Shown here: positions 1-12,648 of the stretch, in pieces
Position numbering within the stretch: the stretch's first letter is position 1
Layout: every line of letters begins with the position of its first letter
Assembly (NCBI GenBank): GCA_030141605.1
Contig: JAQGDQ010002368.1
Span: forward strand, 186,001 to 250,000
Direction: 5' to 3'
Length of the DNA stretch: 64,000 nt
Source of the DNA: Tubiluchus corallicola
Lineage: Eukaryota > Animalia > Priapulida
The notes under the pieces: generated by a model
What the model saw: the letters and a program-made list of their open reading frames with translations, nothing else
The model's database searches: none
What the model was told of the DNA's origin: nothing
Made by a program: the position numbers and the translations under genes

Positions 1-374
1 ACGAAGACTCGCTGTTTGTCGGTTTTTGTTACAGTGTGTTTTGTTAACAGCCATACTATTTTGTTTTACTTCTGTAGGAGTTTTCTGCAATGCTTACATG
101 AGCTTTTGTCACATCTCGTATAATGCTCAAACGAAATGCTTCGTTTTTTCCTAAAAATACAAATTTCAAAAATACTTTGATTTAAATGCAGCATAATTAC
201 ATGTTAGCAAATATGAATTATTTTTTGATCTTGTAATTTTTCATTTTGTCGTGGTACTGCATGTATTAGTAAGCTTGTAGGATGTGATATGAGCAAAATG
301 CATGTCTGGCTTTGTTAAAGGAAATGGTAGGTTTTAGTTTGCAAAAGCTTAATCTGTGAACAATGGGTTTTCAG

Positions 375-626
375 GTGACCATTTGCTGGATTATGACGTG
401 TTGACGGAACTACAGAAAGCTGGGCCAGGTGACAAGGAGTTCGATGAAGAGATGACACCAGAAGAATGTGCTGCGAGATGCGATGCTGAGATAGAGTTTG
501 AGTGTCGGAGCTTCGGATCGTGCAAATCAGATATTGCCGTAAAACCATGCTATTTGTACAAGTACCATCCTAATGATATGACACCCGGTGCATTTTTACC
601 CATGGTCTTTTGTGATTATTACTACA
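375..626 (+). CDS. PAN-protein exon: complete PAN-like module 1 (DHLLDYDVL...[19 protein letters not shown]...CYLY...CDYYY)
   Basis: Acceptor ttttcag|, donor |gtaagt, phase 1-1; overlaps ORF 356..655. Confidence 0.9.
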
Positions 627-3600
627 GTAAGTCAGTAAGTTTTTTAATAAAATAAATCTTTAGGTATTAAAATTTAAACAACAAAGTTAGCAAAAAAGCA
701 ACAAAAATATGTGAAAAGACGAGTTAACGATTAGCTATTGGGCTGGGGTCTGAACCTGTGACCTTTGTATTACAAGCCTAACATTTTAACCACTAGATAT
801 TAAATTTATTTTTTTTTAGGAAAATGAGTAAACTAAGTTTTGCTGGAGAGCTGTTATATAGACGCAGGGCTTTGGAGTTATTCACTTGCTTTTGAATTGC
901 AACTCACTTAATGCGTACTGCGACAAATAAATATAGACTATACACACAGGGAAAACAAAAACAAACATAATGGCGTCTATCAATTAGTCTTTTATTTTTT
1001 TCTAGGAACTGTAATAGAAAGTGGGGTGCATAAGACAAATCTGTACGCAATAACTGCCTTGGAAAGTGCAGTATTTTATAATCGCTTCTTTGTTATTCAT
1101 ACCCTGGCAAATGGCACGGTAAGAAAATTCGCACAAGTTTTTCGAATTACGAGATATAATTGTCTTTATTTATATATCGCAAGATGTGTTCGAAATTTTA
1201 CGTTGCACATACTTTAATGTCAGCCATAGAAAATAATTCGGATTATAATTGCAAAGTCAGTGATGGCAACGATACTATAGTTGTTTGTAACGGTATAGTG
1301 TTTTAAATTTGTTTCATAGTACTGTTGTTGACAATATTATTACTGTGGCACTTGATGATAACCATGTCAATGCAGGCCAATGAAAGACGTTCAAAATAGG
1401 TTACATAGCTGACTTTAAGGTTGGTTGTTGCACTTTCATATAATTAGTCAAATCCACTTCCAAAGTTAGTCAATTTGTGGATTCTATGTACTTAAACAAA
1501 CTTTCAACTTACCCACACTTTGTTAAAAAATTTCTCGCAGTTAAAATGAGTTATTACTTAACAATACTTGCTTTATTTTACAGACGGCAATGTATAGAGC
1601 AATGAATATACGAGAAATTGGCGTCGATACTGGAGGAGGTATTTCAAACTAATAATTATTTAGGCATTTAGGCCTATATTTATTGTTATAGAATTATATT
1701 TTGATACCTTAGTTTCCATTTTCTGGTTAAAAGTGTCATTTAGGTAATCTAAGTCAAGTCCTTAAGGATCACCTGATTAGGCACTGCGTCATTTATAGAA
1801 TGGTTTAGCAGATCTATCGTAAATCCATAAAGCTTTTTGCAATCTTTGTTTTGAGTCTTACTGACAAAGAACCTGCAATTCAAAGGGTGACAAACTTGGT
1901 GCAAAAAAATCTAGGAATGACCTAAAAGAGGGAGGCATTTAAACCTCATCTGACGCATATCTACGAAACTAGTGAGAATTTTTCTTCAGTTTTGCTAAGC
2001 AGGTATTTAAAGATTTTAAGTGATGAATTTGGTGCCTAAGAATTGCACGTTTTTACTAATCAGCATATTTCCCCCAAGTTTGCATTTCATATACTTTATA
2101 TGTGCCGAAATTATCTATAAAATAACACATTACAAAAATTCTTTACCGTACTCAGAATGTGGTTTTAATGTAATTTACTGGCAATTTTAGGAAGCTTCTT
2201 GAACCAATTCCACCACTTAAGAATGTAATTTTTACATCGGGAACATTTGGCACCAATTCTGTGTCAGTAGTTAATGAACTTTAAGATGTAGTTTAAACTT
2301 ACTGAACACTTGCTGTTTAATGCATCAACTGAAAAACACACGCATCAACATTTAGAGCTTTCCACTGGACTATAAAAGCACTCCAGCTCTCGAACGTTTT
2401 GTACTCGACATGCAAGGAAGTAAGACCATCTCTGTCAGCTCCTGCTTTACCAGGTCCGAACGTTTTGAAGATCAGGTGGTATCGAACATACAACCTTCAC
2501 GGAAAATGAGCAGTATTTTATAAATTTAAACTCTACAGCTGTACCTGAACTATAAAACTTTAACTCTGAACTGACTGGTTCATTCTTTATAAATTTTGTA
2601 GGTTGTAGTACATTGTGCAGGACAATTTCGTAAATACTTCTAATAAACAAACGTTGGTTTTCAGAGCAGTTCGTGGTGGGTTACGAGGAAATGACGCTAA
2701 CCAGTTCCAGGGTAATAGTGGGCGTGACACTGGAAGGTTGTGAAAGCGAGTGCGTGAATGCTCTGGATGAAAAGGTATTCATTTAAGCTTTTCCACAAAC
2801 TTGTATATATGATACAGCGCTTTTAAAATTGTCTTTGTTTACATGACTATAGTCTCCAATAGTTGAGCATGGTCTGTTTGTAATTGCATGGATGAGCATC
2901 TGAACAAGGGTCATGTTCGGTTATGTAGATTCATACACAAAAGCGGGAACAAATTATCCACGTAAATGTTATTTTGTCAAATTCCTCTATTTGCTACACT
3001 GTTTAGCGTAATTCGTCTGTGTGAGTAATTTTTAAACTCACTTTTCAACGTGCACTATCAAATTTAGTCTGCGTTAGACTAATTTTCGACACAGACCAAT
3101 TACATTTTTTTTATTCCAATGCGATGCTTATTTTCAATTAAATTTAAACGACTGAACCTTAGAGCGGACTTTTCAATCAGAATCTTCTTCAGCGGACTCA
3201 AACTCGGAGCGTGAAGTTTCTTTATCAACCTTTTGCCTTATTCTGTAGCCCCACACAGAATATTTTCGAAAACAGACTAATTTAATCCAGGAAAAAAGAC
3301 GCAAAAAGTACACTTTAAAATTACTCTGTGTGAGACTATGTTTTCGCACAGACTAATTTTCACACATACTAACTACATTAAACAATGTAGCAGTTTACTT
3401 GCAGTGAAGCTTGTAATCTGTTCTATTCCACCATTTCTCCTAATGAAATGCCGGATGGCTCGTAGGAATTCGTTATAAATTCACGTTTGTTGAATATTGA
3501 CTGTTTTTGCAAACGTTAGTATTTTCTGCTTTCCTGATGAATTGTTAAAACAGTGTCAAGTGATGAAAATACGTATTCGTATTTTTCATAGCATGTATCA

Positions 3601-6600
3601 TACGATTTTTGAACTTTCTAAAATCAATATTATTGCGTGATCAATGCCTTTTTTAGTATAAATGTAAAAAGGATAGACAATATTTTTTGACTTAAATGAT
3701 ATTATTTAAAAACTAGATAAGATATGAGTGTTTGCCTATTTTAGAATTATTTCTTTTTTAGCTCGTTAAAAATATTGTCGACTTAACATTTCGTTGCTCT
3801 AAGGCATCAGAACTAATTTTTTCTTATTAGACAAAGACAAAATACATGCCTTTTATTTTGATTACAGTGCGAGTCATTTAGCTACTGCCCGTCACTGCTA
3901 GAGTGTCGATTAACGAGTGACTTCATAGATGAAATACCTTCAAGTGGTATGGGTCCCATGGATTCTTGTACCATCTTCGGACGTGAGTGATTAAATTTTT
4001 ATCTCAATAGCGAGGAAATGGTTAATAAATTAATAATTAACTTTCGTATGTGACATTTTCTAATAAAGCTTTAACCGAAACTTGCTGTTTTATCCTCCTT
4101 TTGAGTGGATTGATGAGCTATCGTAGCGAACTATACTTTTGCTTGGTTAAGTAGGATTGAACCAAGACCGAAATGGATGGGTGGCTGCTGAAAGAACTGT
4201 ATGTGAGAGTTTGATCTACTTACTTCCTATGCTGTTTATTTCATTGAGACACCTACACTCACCAGAACCTGTGGCTATGGCACCATTGACGGTTCAGTTC
4301 AATTTTTTGCCACACCTGTTCAAAATTAAAGTACTTTACTGTTGAATTCTAGTTTTTTAGCATGCAGTTTGCTGAACTTTGCTGAATAAAAATTTTGATG
4401 TTAAACTTTACTGCTTATTCAGTTTGTAACAGTTTGCTTTCTTTGTCCTTTCAACAGAGCTCCTTATCTGGATTTCTCTGATTCCACTTGCTATCTGTAC
4501 TATCGATTTTCTTATTTTTGAGCGTTGCAAAAGGCAGGTATGATTTCTGGTCTCTAATGGATGGACAAAGAATGAGTGAATGAATGATCGGGTGCTTAAT
4601 TTCTCAGGTGTATGTTGAGAATTAGAGCTTCGGCCTTCCAAATGGTTCATAATCAGGTGCTAATGCAAAAAATGCATAGTTCTTGCAATGGACACCTAGA
4701 ACTCATAACTTTTGAGAAGTTCATAAGCGAGTCTGAGCTGCAAACCTGTTCAATTTAGCTGAATATCGAGACAGTAGGCAAAAAATGAGAAAGTGCTAGT
4801 AAAGAACTACAAATAAAGAAAAAAGTTTCGCTTTGTTGATAGAAAAAGGCTTTGGTGGTTTTACAAAAAGGAGCGAACCAACCCATGCTATTCGTGGCGG
4901 GATTTGAATTTTGCTGTGCGACATGCAATAAACTCCAGTATTTTTAAATCTAATTTGTTTGCATTTGAAAACCTTTAGAGTCATAATTATGTTTCTGTCA
5001 CTAATTTTTAGGAAGTTATTTAACTGCTTTTATTCACCATCCCGGAAAAGTTCTTCCTGTCGAACCTGATAAGGTTGAAGACGTAGACACGGCTGATAAA
5101 TGCGCCCAAACGTGCTATAGTGATGTAAGTTACTTCTATTAATAGGTGGCACTTTTTATATTAATTTTTATTATTACATTTTGGACCACTGATGTTCTCA
5201 TACAATTTTCCTTAGCTTGTTTATCTTTCGATTCAATGCTGCGTTTGTTAAATGAATGGTCACGCATCATTGCACTATTGTTGTTATTTCTTTTTATTAG
5301 TGAATAGTTATTTGTCAAAAATGCTTATATGTTAACAGAGAAGGGGTGGGGAAGGGGCCAAAAGACGTAGAGAATAGATATGAGTGATTGAGAAACAAAG
5401 GACCTACAAGATCAGTATGCAAACTGTTAAATGATTTGAAACACTTAAACAGCGAGAAAAGTCAACACCTACCCGCCGATTGTTTGTAACTACAAGAATT
5501 TTCAGAAATCCCTCCTTCAGAAATTTGGGATGATGAAAATGGAATGCCGTATGTTAGAATAGCCTTGTATATGCTTGTATGTCTTTATGACGCAATCTTG
5601 CACCGTTTTAAATTAAATAAAAAATCTTTTCTTTGAATTGTCCTCGAAATAGCAAGCAAGATGAAATAGCACATCAACGTAAAACTCTAAAATGGTCTTT
5701 TGCTATGTACGCAGTACAAAATATTTCTCTATTAACATTTTGTGTGTCCTCTGATTTCTAGCGAACTTATTTACGCTCCTAATATTAACCGTAAAGACTG
5801 ATAATTCCAGCGGGTGGCATTGGATCCACCTATGGAGTTATCATTTAATCCACCTATTTTACTCCATTTTGAACAGCATTTTTGGTAAACTGACATCTAG
5901 TGGAATAATCGGGGCCACCGGATGAACTCCCAAATTCTAGTCATTGAGTTTGGCAGACTTTCTTTTAATATTTGTTTGATTATTTTCAGAAAGAGTTGCC
6001 TTGTTTGTCGTTCGAATTCTGCTCGTATGATGAACAAGGGACTAAGGACATCGTGCTTACCAAATGTTACATGTTTAAAACACATCTTTTGGATTACGGA
6101 TCTTCGACAAATCTTACAGAAAATGCACCATGCGATTTTTACACTAGTAAGAAATTAAAATGTTGTAGTAAGTTTATAAAATGTTTGTTTTACTCTTTTG
6201 AAAAAGCGCAGTCAAGAGGTCTTTATGTAAAGGCAAATACGTTATTGGTTAAGTATTGTGTAAATACGAATGATGTTCAAATAGTATACGTCAATTTTTT
6301 CGCATGTGCCTTAATGTGCAACTTTTTCCAATACAACTACACTTTTTAAAGGTGGCTCACAATAGGGCATTTCGTAGGCTCTTCGTGGGATTATATAGTG
6401 TATGAGAAAAATTGGTAAATTTTAATATTCCTAACTATGAAACTACACGAAATATAACAGGATCCTACTTTGCACATCACAAAACATATATATGAACGAA
6501 TTTGTACAAACTACATTTTGCACTATGAGGTCAACATCTTTTACCATTTTAATGGTGACTTTTGTTGGGTTTTATGCATCTGTGTGTTGTATTTTTTAAT

Positions 6601-9600
6601 GATCTGTCTTGTGTTCTACGTTTTCTGTTCTGGGTGTATGTATGTATATATAGGTAAATATTTTATTAGTTTCTATTGTAATTTTATAGTATAGCTGAGT
6701 TTTTGCTAATTTGTTACATAACGCTGTGTGCTTTTAAATGTATTTAAATGAAATAAATTTAAAATAAAAAAATAATAAATTTGTTAGGCTGTATATAACT
6801 ATGAGGCGCCTATACAAGTCCTTTAACGTTAAAGGTTGTTTTAATAATTACTCGTGATTTATATTTTTACCCGTTAACAATTTTATTATTATTCCAAAAT
6901 CTTTTAGGAGGCTACTTGGTCGACTTTACCAAATACCAAAACAAATCGCTTTATGTAGAAGACGGGTCAAGCCAAGAACTGTATATCCAAGAATCCTATC
7001 CAGATGAGTGTGCTAAGTTTTGTGTAGAGGTTTGTGCTCTAAGAAACAACATTAACATAGACGTTTATTCGTATAGTAATAATATTACAGATAAAACACT
7101 AATAATAAAGGCTTAAAAATGACTTCGTTTCTAACTCAAGTAATGGTTATAATTGTGTTGACGATGAAGATGAGTGTGTTTATTTTTTATTATGTGTGAC
7201 GTTGAAGTGTGTTTATTTTTTATTATGTGTAACGCAAGAAAAGTAAATTAGATCACATGTTAGTCACTTCTCAAAAATTTTTATGAGCTTACAAGAAGAT
7301 TAGAGGAAATCCAAAAACCCAAAGGAACTTATTCCCACGGATTGTGACAGTTGCAGTAATGGAATAGTAATGAGAGCAGACAGGTCGACTGACAGATGGA
7401 CGTAAAGATAGATAGATGGATAGGTAGCAGATAGATAGGCAGGCCTACTAGTAGAGTACCATGGGCTATCCATGCGTGCCTCTGATTATATGGTTATACG
7501 GCATTTTCTCACTTGATGAGTGAATGGCCAGTTTCTCGACAGTATTTAGCAGATTCTGGATACCTTGTCTGCAGTATCTTACACGTTTGTATGCGTTTAG
7601 CAGAGAATAATAATATAGTTGCTACTATACGCTATTTTTCCTAAGCTGGAATTACCAAAACTGCTCGCACTTACAGGTCAATGTATTTTTACTAAAGTAC
7701 TGTAACAAAATCATTTACACTTTATGTACGTGAATTTTATGTGTATGAAGCGCAGCCATATTTAGATACTATCACTAAGTGAAATATCGACCTAGGCTAA
7801 AGAGCTACATTTACTCGCGTTAAATGCAAAACCATTTCTATGTTTAGGAGTCCAACTTTGACTGTCGCTCGTTCGATATGTGTACAGGACGTCCAGGATT
7901 AGTTGCAACTTACTGCATACTCGAATCCGCTAATCTCCAAGATTCCAATGCACAACTCGAAGACTACATGTTATGTGATCATTATTCACGTATGGATTTA
8001 AACAGTTTTAGTATCACTAAGTATTGTCAATTTTAATCTTTAAAACGAATTCACAGTTGTGAAAACAATGTAGCTTGTTTTCCTATTTCACTCCATAAGC
8101 GTAGAGTTTGCCAGTCAGCACAGTATTAGTAATTTTAATAAGCCTTCATGCAGCTTACTGATTTGGCTACGTAGCATTTTGAATCTTATTTGTAGAATGC
8201 ATTCTTATTTCTAATTATTCTTCCGATGTATGTGTTTTTCTAAGCCTTTCTACAAAATCATCTGTCTAGCGTTAGTAAATTTCCAACGGCATTCTGCCCA
8301 GATGTAGGGTGTGAAAGATTTTAGGTTATTTACTTTAGTGTTCACTCATTCTTTACCCTACCCCCCCCCATACTCTCTTTTTAAACTGTATTCATGTGGT
8401 CCTGACTTGGCGTCTTTATGTCATGTTATACTGACAGGGCAAGCTTACCTTGTCTTTTGGCAGTCTGTTCTTGGCTAGGAAAGTTGTTGTTGTTGTTTAC
8501 CCAGTTAAACCATTTATTTATCAAGAATACCAGAGCCATGATGATGTTACTCAGTGTTTCATTATTACTAATAGCTTTATTTTTAAGCCCAAATTAGTTT
8601 GTTATATCTTGTTATGATTTTCTCACAGGTAAAACGTAGTAAAGCTAGTGAAACATGATTTTTTTTACTTTGGGCATCATGAAGTAACAGTCTCTCACAT
8701 AGGGCTTATATGTACCTGTGAGCCAGTTCTTTTATAATAATTAGTATAGCCTCCTTAAATGAAGCACGAGGCAGCTTTAGTGGGAAAATATTAGTAAAAA
8801 AGTTATAACCAATTAGTAATAAAAGGAGGTTTAATTGCAGTAAATGTAGTAACAGTTTGTTTGTGTATACTTAGTAACAGAGCTATCTGTTTTTTGAAAA
8901 ACCGGTTGATATTAGCGAAGTGTTGGCTTTGATGCGTGCTTTAGTAATTTGTGCATGGTGTCATTTGTGCAGATTTGGTTGGTTCGCCAGTTGCACTTCA
9001 CTCTGATTACCAAAGTGCACCATTGCGTCTTTCAGATTTTCGGAAGACGAAACAATGGGTTACTCGTTTATTGATTTTTTTCTGCTCAACTATCTGGATA
9101 TGTCATTTAGAATGCCATTTAGATTGTCACAGTATCCTTTTGATGAATAAGTTTATTAGAACGCCGTTTGGCGTTGCCATAGAATTCGTTTTGTCGCAAA
9201 ATTTAGAATAAAATTTACTCCATTGTGACGCCACAGTATAAAACTGGCTAAGAACTTATTGTTATTGTGGGAGCAACAAGAACGAGACCGGCTTCACGGC
9301 GAATAAGATCTGGCTACAAGATTAGCTTGCCAGCGAGTAACCGAAAACCAATGAACTGCAATAATTGATGGAAGTTTTGGATGTTTTAGGCGACCGATAT
9401 CTGGATGGAACACTTGTAGGGAGTAATTCACATATGGTATGTGAAGTTAAGCCTGACAACGAAACCATTACTCCAACTGAAAACCCACCCGGGTTGTCTA
9501 CAGGTATTTGTTGTAAACTACTAAAAAATTAGTAAATAGTATGATCTTCGAAGAACATGCTTTTATAAGTCATAAAATCATCGGATTCGTATGCATATGT

Positions 9601-11212
9601 TTGTGTGACAGTTTGTGGGAATAAAACTAACATATTATAACTAGTCTAGGGTAATTTAACGTCAGTGTCTCAAATCTAAAGCTCGGCTCACATGTTCTCC
9701 GTGAGTGTGAGCGACTAAACAGGAAACACTAAACAGACAGAGCTCGTAATTTACTAACATAACAGGGTAATCATTTCTGCTAATTTCATCACCAAGCGTT
9801 TGGGTTCATGTTGGGGCAATTCTCCTATAGGACCCGATCATTTTACTAAACATAATCATCGAGTTGTTAATCGTAAAACGTTTACACTAAGTTTGAAATA
9901 GAACTATTAAACACACGGATGCTGTGCAAATCATGCAGTATATTATTAAACAAGAACAAAGCAAAGAACAATTGTACATAGAGGAGAAAACAATACCTAC
10001 TACCTACTGGGCCCAGATTTAACAAGCAGCAAGGAGTATACTCATGTTTATATGTAGTTCCCGATGGCCGGCTCTTCCAGGATGCACCAAGGACGGTTTA
10101 CAGTCCCAAAGCCACGATCCCCTACTGGAATAAGGAGGAGCTCCACAATGTAGCCGATCCATGAGTCCTTACACGCCACAAGTAGTTTAATCTGGAATCG
10201 TAGTTGTATCTCTGCGTCTCCTCTACCGCCGAATAGCGTAACCAGGATACTGTGAACTCCACCACTATGGGAACACTCCACCAATGCTCTGAAAGTTTCA
10301 GAATCCCTCCCAGGGTGGGTTGTCCAAGAGTTCCTCTAAGTGAAATATGACAAGGCAATTACTTCACTCCTGAGTCGTGCTGGTGCTACGTAAACGGTGT
10401 CGATACAACATTGTGCATTTAACTATTGTCTCTCACAGGACATCAACTGAATTTTGCCATTAATGCCAAAATAAAACTCATAGACAAAACGTGTCTCAAA
10501 CATATGACGAACAGAAGAAAGGTACCAACTATGGTGACCAGGTAAAAACGGCCTAGATAGACATCCGTTTAACAAAAAATTCGGTACCTGAATGAGGTGG
10601 GCAAACATTAGCCTAGATGGAATGACCTTGTATATAATGCATAGTATCCAATGGCTTCTATACTGTTCAAAATCTTATAGTGATGAATGGCCTTGTATAT
10701 CGGCCAGTTAGTTAGCGGTCATGCATCGCATGGCCGTGACAGTTTGTATAATGCCTAATAAAATTTTAAGCTTATTTGCTTGTTATTTAGAAAATTTTGA
10801 CAGTATAGTGGGCGTATTCTTGAACATATCTTACTATACTGACTGATACTTCCAAATTATACGTCCATTAACTACCTGATTAGGTATTTTTAGAAAATCG
10901 AGTATTTCTTAGCATATTTATTTTCGTTTTATTTTGAAGTTCTTTGGCACGTGAGGGGCCATTAGAAAAATGCACAGTAAATCAGCAGCTTACTCTGTTT
11001 TTGTTCATTGACAGTTAGTGCTGTTTAGCTTCGTTTACTATTAAAAACTGATTTAGACTTTAGAAGTGCTGCAAGTCACAAGCGCATAACAGAATTTAGC
11101 CATTGTAATGTCTAATGTTTGTTTTCAGGTATATTAGGTTTTACTCTGCCAGTGTCTTAACAGTTAATATACATAATAGTATGCGTGATTAGCATATACA
11201 TATAATAAATAT

Positions 11213-11256
<44 letters not shown>

Positions 11257-12346
11257 GGAGAGAAGGAGAGAGAGAGACATAAATTTTTTTTTATTTTTGG
11301 GTGCGTTACATACACACTGTGATGGTCCAGTAGGGAATCACTAGCCTAACAACCGTGCACATTGCTGATGATGAAAAGATAAAATTTACTTTTTTTGCCT
11401 TTTTAATTTAATTTGGTGTTCTACAAAATTGTATTTTGATCTCATAAATTACTACCTCTGGTAGCTAGGTCACTTGGGTGGGTACACGAGTATTCCATTG
11501 TAGAGGAAGATCTTTACGTTAAAATTAAATCACTGAAGCCAGACGTTCACGTGAGCAGTGCGACCTGGATTTTTTTACCTGCCGATTGTATGCCATGTAG
11601 TACTAGAGAATGGTTTTCCTTTGTTAAACGGAGGTACGTCTATACGTTAAGTACCTTCCGTCTTGTATCCTGTCTCAGTTTGATGTCAAGACATGTGATG
11701 TGGTCCCTGAGTTCTGGTTCAAGTTTCACGGACCCGAGGAGACGTTAGCAGATCACAGAAAGACGTAACGGTATACTTAGACGTACTTCTACTTAAGTTA
11801 TTACTCTCGTAAATCACCAATTGCTAATTGCCATTTGTTGGGTTAACACCATAGGGATGGTAGACTGTTAATCGGTCAGATTCACTTGAGGAGTGTTATC
11901 TTCACGTAGGCGTTAAAGGAGATCCTGTTATCTTCACGTAGACGTTAAAATGTTTACCACGTTGGGAACGTCGTCTGTGCGACACTGTCATGCAAAAATC
12001 TGTAAGCTGTGACTGTCAGTGTGAACCGTTGTACCGCCAGTGAATACTCAGCAAAATCCGAGTAGATCGCCAATATTCTGGGGAAATGGTTTTCCTTTTT
12101 TGTATATTGATGTTCATTGTCATTTTTTTGAATATTTGGAATCTTATTAAATTTGTTGTAACATGTCATTACTTGCTTATCTTATATGTACATCTTGTGA
12201 ACATATCTTAAAATTAGCATAAATAATTAGTTTACACCTTTCGGCACACGCTACGTCAAAAGGTGGTTTTCGGGTATCTGCGGCCTTTCGCCCGAACAAT
12301 CACACATACATACATACATACATACATACATACATACATACATACA

Positions 12347-12382
<36 letters not shown>

Positions 12383-12560
12383 TGAAAAAATTTTCATGGC
12401 TAGTCTATTTATTATACTTTTATTTGTTCCTATAGGTGGTGCTGTTGGGTTGGCTTTTGGCATGATACTGTTGGGCATTTTGTTAACAGTGGTAGTTCTA
12501 GCTGCATATATGAAATACACGGGAAAGCGTTTTGATGGTATGAATACGAGACTTATGTAA
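375..12560 (+). CDS. 3' portion of a multi-exon gene for a type-I membrane protein with four PAN/apple-like domains, stalk, TM helix and short cytoplasmic tail (5' exons lie upstream of the window)
   Basis: join(375..626,1006..1118,1584..1638,2665..2774,3868..3982,5012..5124,5990..6146,6908..7029,7848..7989,9390..9503,12436..12560). All introns are GT-AG, phases match at every junction, and the frame stays open for 472 codons to TAA. The repeating C-x3-C...C-x-S-F-x2-C...C...C-(D)-x-Y/F motif is PAN/apple-like. Confidence 0.9.
683..800 (-). mobile_element. tRNA-derived SINE fragment (same family as 61992-62195)
   Basis: Minus strand reads ctagtggttaaaatgttaggcttgtaatacaaaggtcacaggttcagacccc...cttttcacat, with A/B-box-like motifs, a ttgtaa loop and a body matching the 62-kb copy. 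Confidence 0.6.
1006..1118 (+). CDS. PAN-protein exon: Cys-free inter-domain segment ([38 protein letters not shown])
   Basis: Poly-T tract plus tctag| acceptor, |gtaaga donor, phase 1-0; overlaps ORF 1026..1217. Confidence 0.8.
1584..1638 (+). CDS. PAN-protein small exon ([18 protein letters not shown])
   Basis: ttttacag| acceptor, gag|gtattt donor; phase 0-1 exactly bridges the flanking exons. Confidence 0.75.
2665..2774 (+). CDS. PAN-protein exon: N-half of module 2 ([37 protein letters not shown])
   Basis: ttttcag| acceptor, aag|gtattc donor, C-x3-C motif, phase 1-0. Confidence 0.88.
2992..3392. mobile_element. About 400-bp MITE with imperfect terminal inverted repeats
   Basis: Left tgctacactgtttagcgtaattcgtctgtgtga is the inverted match of right tcacacatactaactacattaaacaatgtagca; internal cacagactaatt repeats. 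Confidence 0.6.
3868..3982 (+). CDS. PAN-protein exon: C-half of module 2 ([19 protein letters not shown]...DSCTIFG)
   Basis: ttacag| acceptor, |gtgagt donor, CxSF motif, phase 0-1. Confidence 0.9.
5012..5124 (+). CDS. PAN-protein exon: N-half of module 3 ([38 protein letters not shown])
   Basis: tttttag| acceptor, |gtaagt donor, phase 1-0. Confidence 0.9.
5990..6146 (+). CDS. PAN-protein exon: C-half of module 3 ([17 protein letters not shown]...[11 protein letters not shown]...APCDFYT)
   Basis: ttttcag| acceptor, |gtaaga donor, phase 0-1; overlaps ORF 5972..6349. Confidence 0.9.
6908..7029 (+). CDS. PAN-protein exon: N-half of module 4 ([16 protein letters not shown]...[10 protein letters not shown])
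   Basis: cttttag| acceptor, gag|gtttgt donor, phase 1-0; overlaps ORF 6916..7116. Confidence 0.9.
7848..7989 (+). CDS. PAN-protein exon: C-half of module 4 ([27 protein letters not shown]...MLCDHYS)
   Basis: tgtttag| acceptor, |gtatgg donor, CRSFD motif, phase 0-1. Confidence 0.9.
9390..9503 (+). CDS. PAN-protein exon: juxtamembrane stalk ([38 protein letters not shown])
   Basis: gttttag| acceptor, cag|gtattt donor, phase 1-1, Pro/Thr-rich. Confidence 0.8.
11212..11277. repeat. Compound (CA)n(TA)n(GA)n microsatellite
   Basis: Directly visible. Confidence 0.9.
11318..12304 (+). mobile_element. Probable solo LTR (about 987 bp) in the last intron of the PAN gene
   Basis: TGTGAT...ATCACA inverted termini (TG...CA), near-matching 5-bp flanks cacac/catac, internal direct repeat tgttatcttcacgtag(g/a)cgttaaa, ATTAAA near 12146, no coding capacity. 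Confidence 0.55.
12305..12382. repeat. (CATA)n microsatellite
   Basis: Directly visible. Confidence 0.95.
12436..12560 (+). CDS. PAN-protein last coding exon: TM helix and tail ([41 protein letters not shown])
   Basis: ttcctatag| acceptor, about 23 hydrophobic residues followed by basic residues, TAA stop. Confidence 0.88.
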
Positions 12561-12642
12561 ATGTTTGCTGTGATAAATTTTAGTACTTCGAGGTTTGTCA
12601 AATCACCGATTTGTGATCAGATTGATCTTTTAAATTGACTGC

Positions 12643-12648
12643 AATAAA
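12643..12648 (+). promoter_or_regulatory. Candidate polyadenylation signal (AATAAA) of the PAN-protein gene; an alternative lies at 13514-13519
   Basis: AATAAA about 80 nt after the stop; the second AATAAA is followed by a T-rich tract. Confidence 0.4.

Noticed and set aside
12513-12560. PDZ-binding or dileucine sorting motif in the PAN-protein tail
   Set aside because: The terminal TRLM has Arg at position -2 (not class I or II) and the acidic residue spacing does not fit [DE]xxxL[LI].
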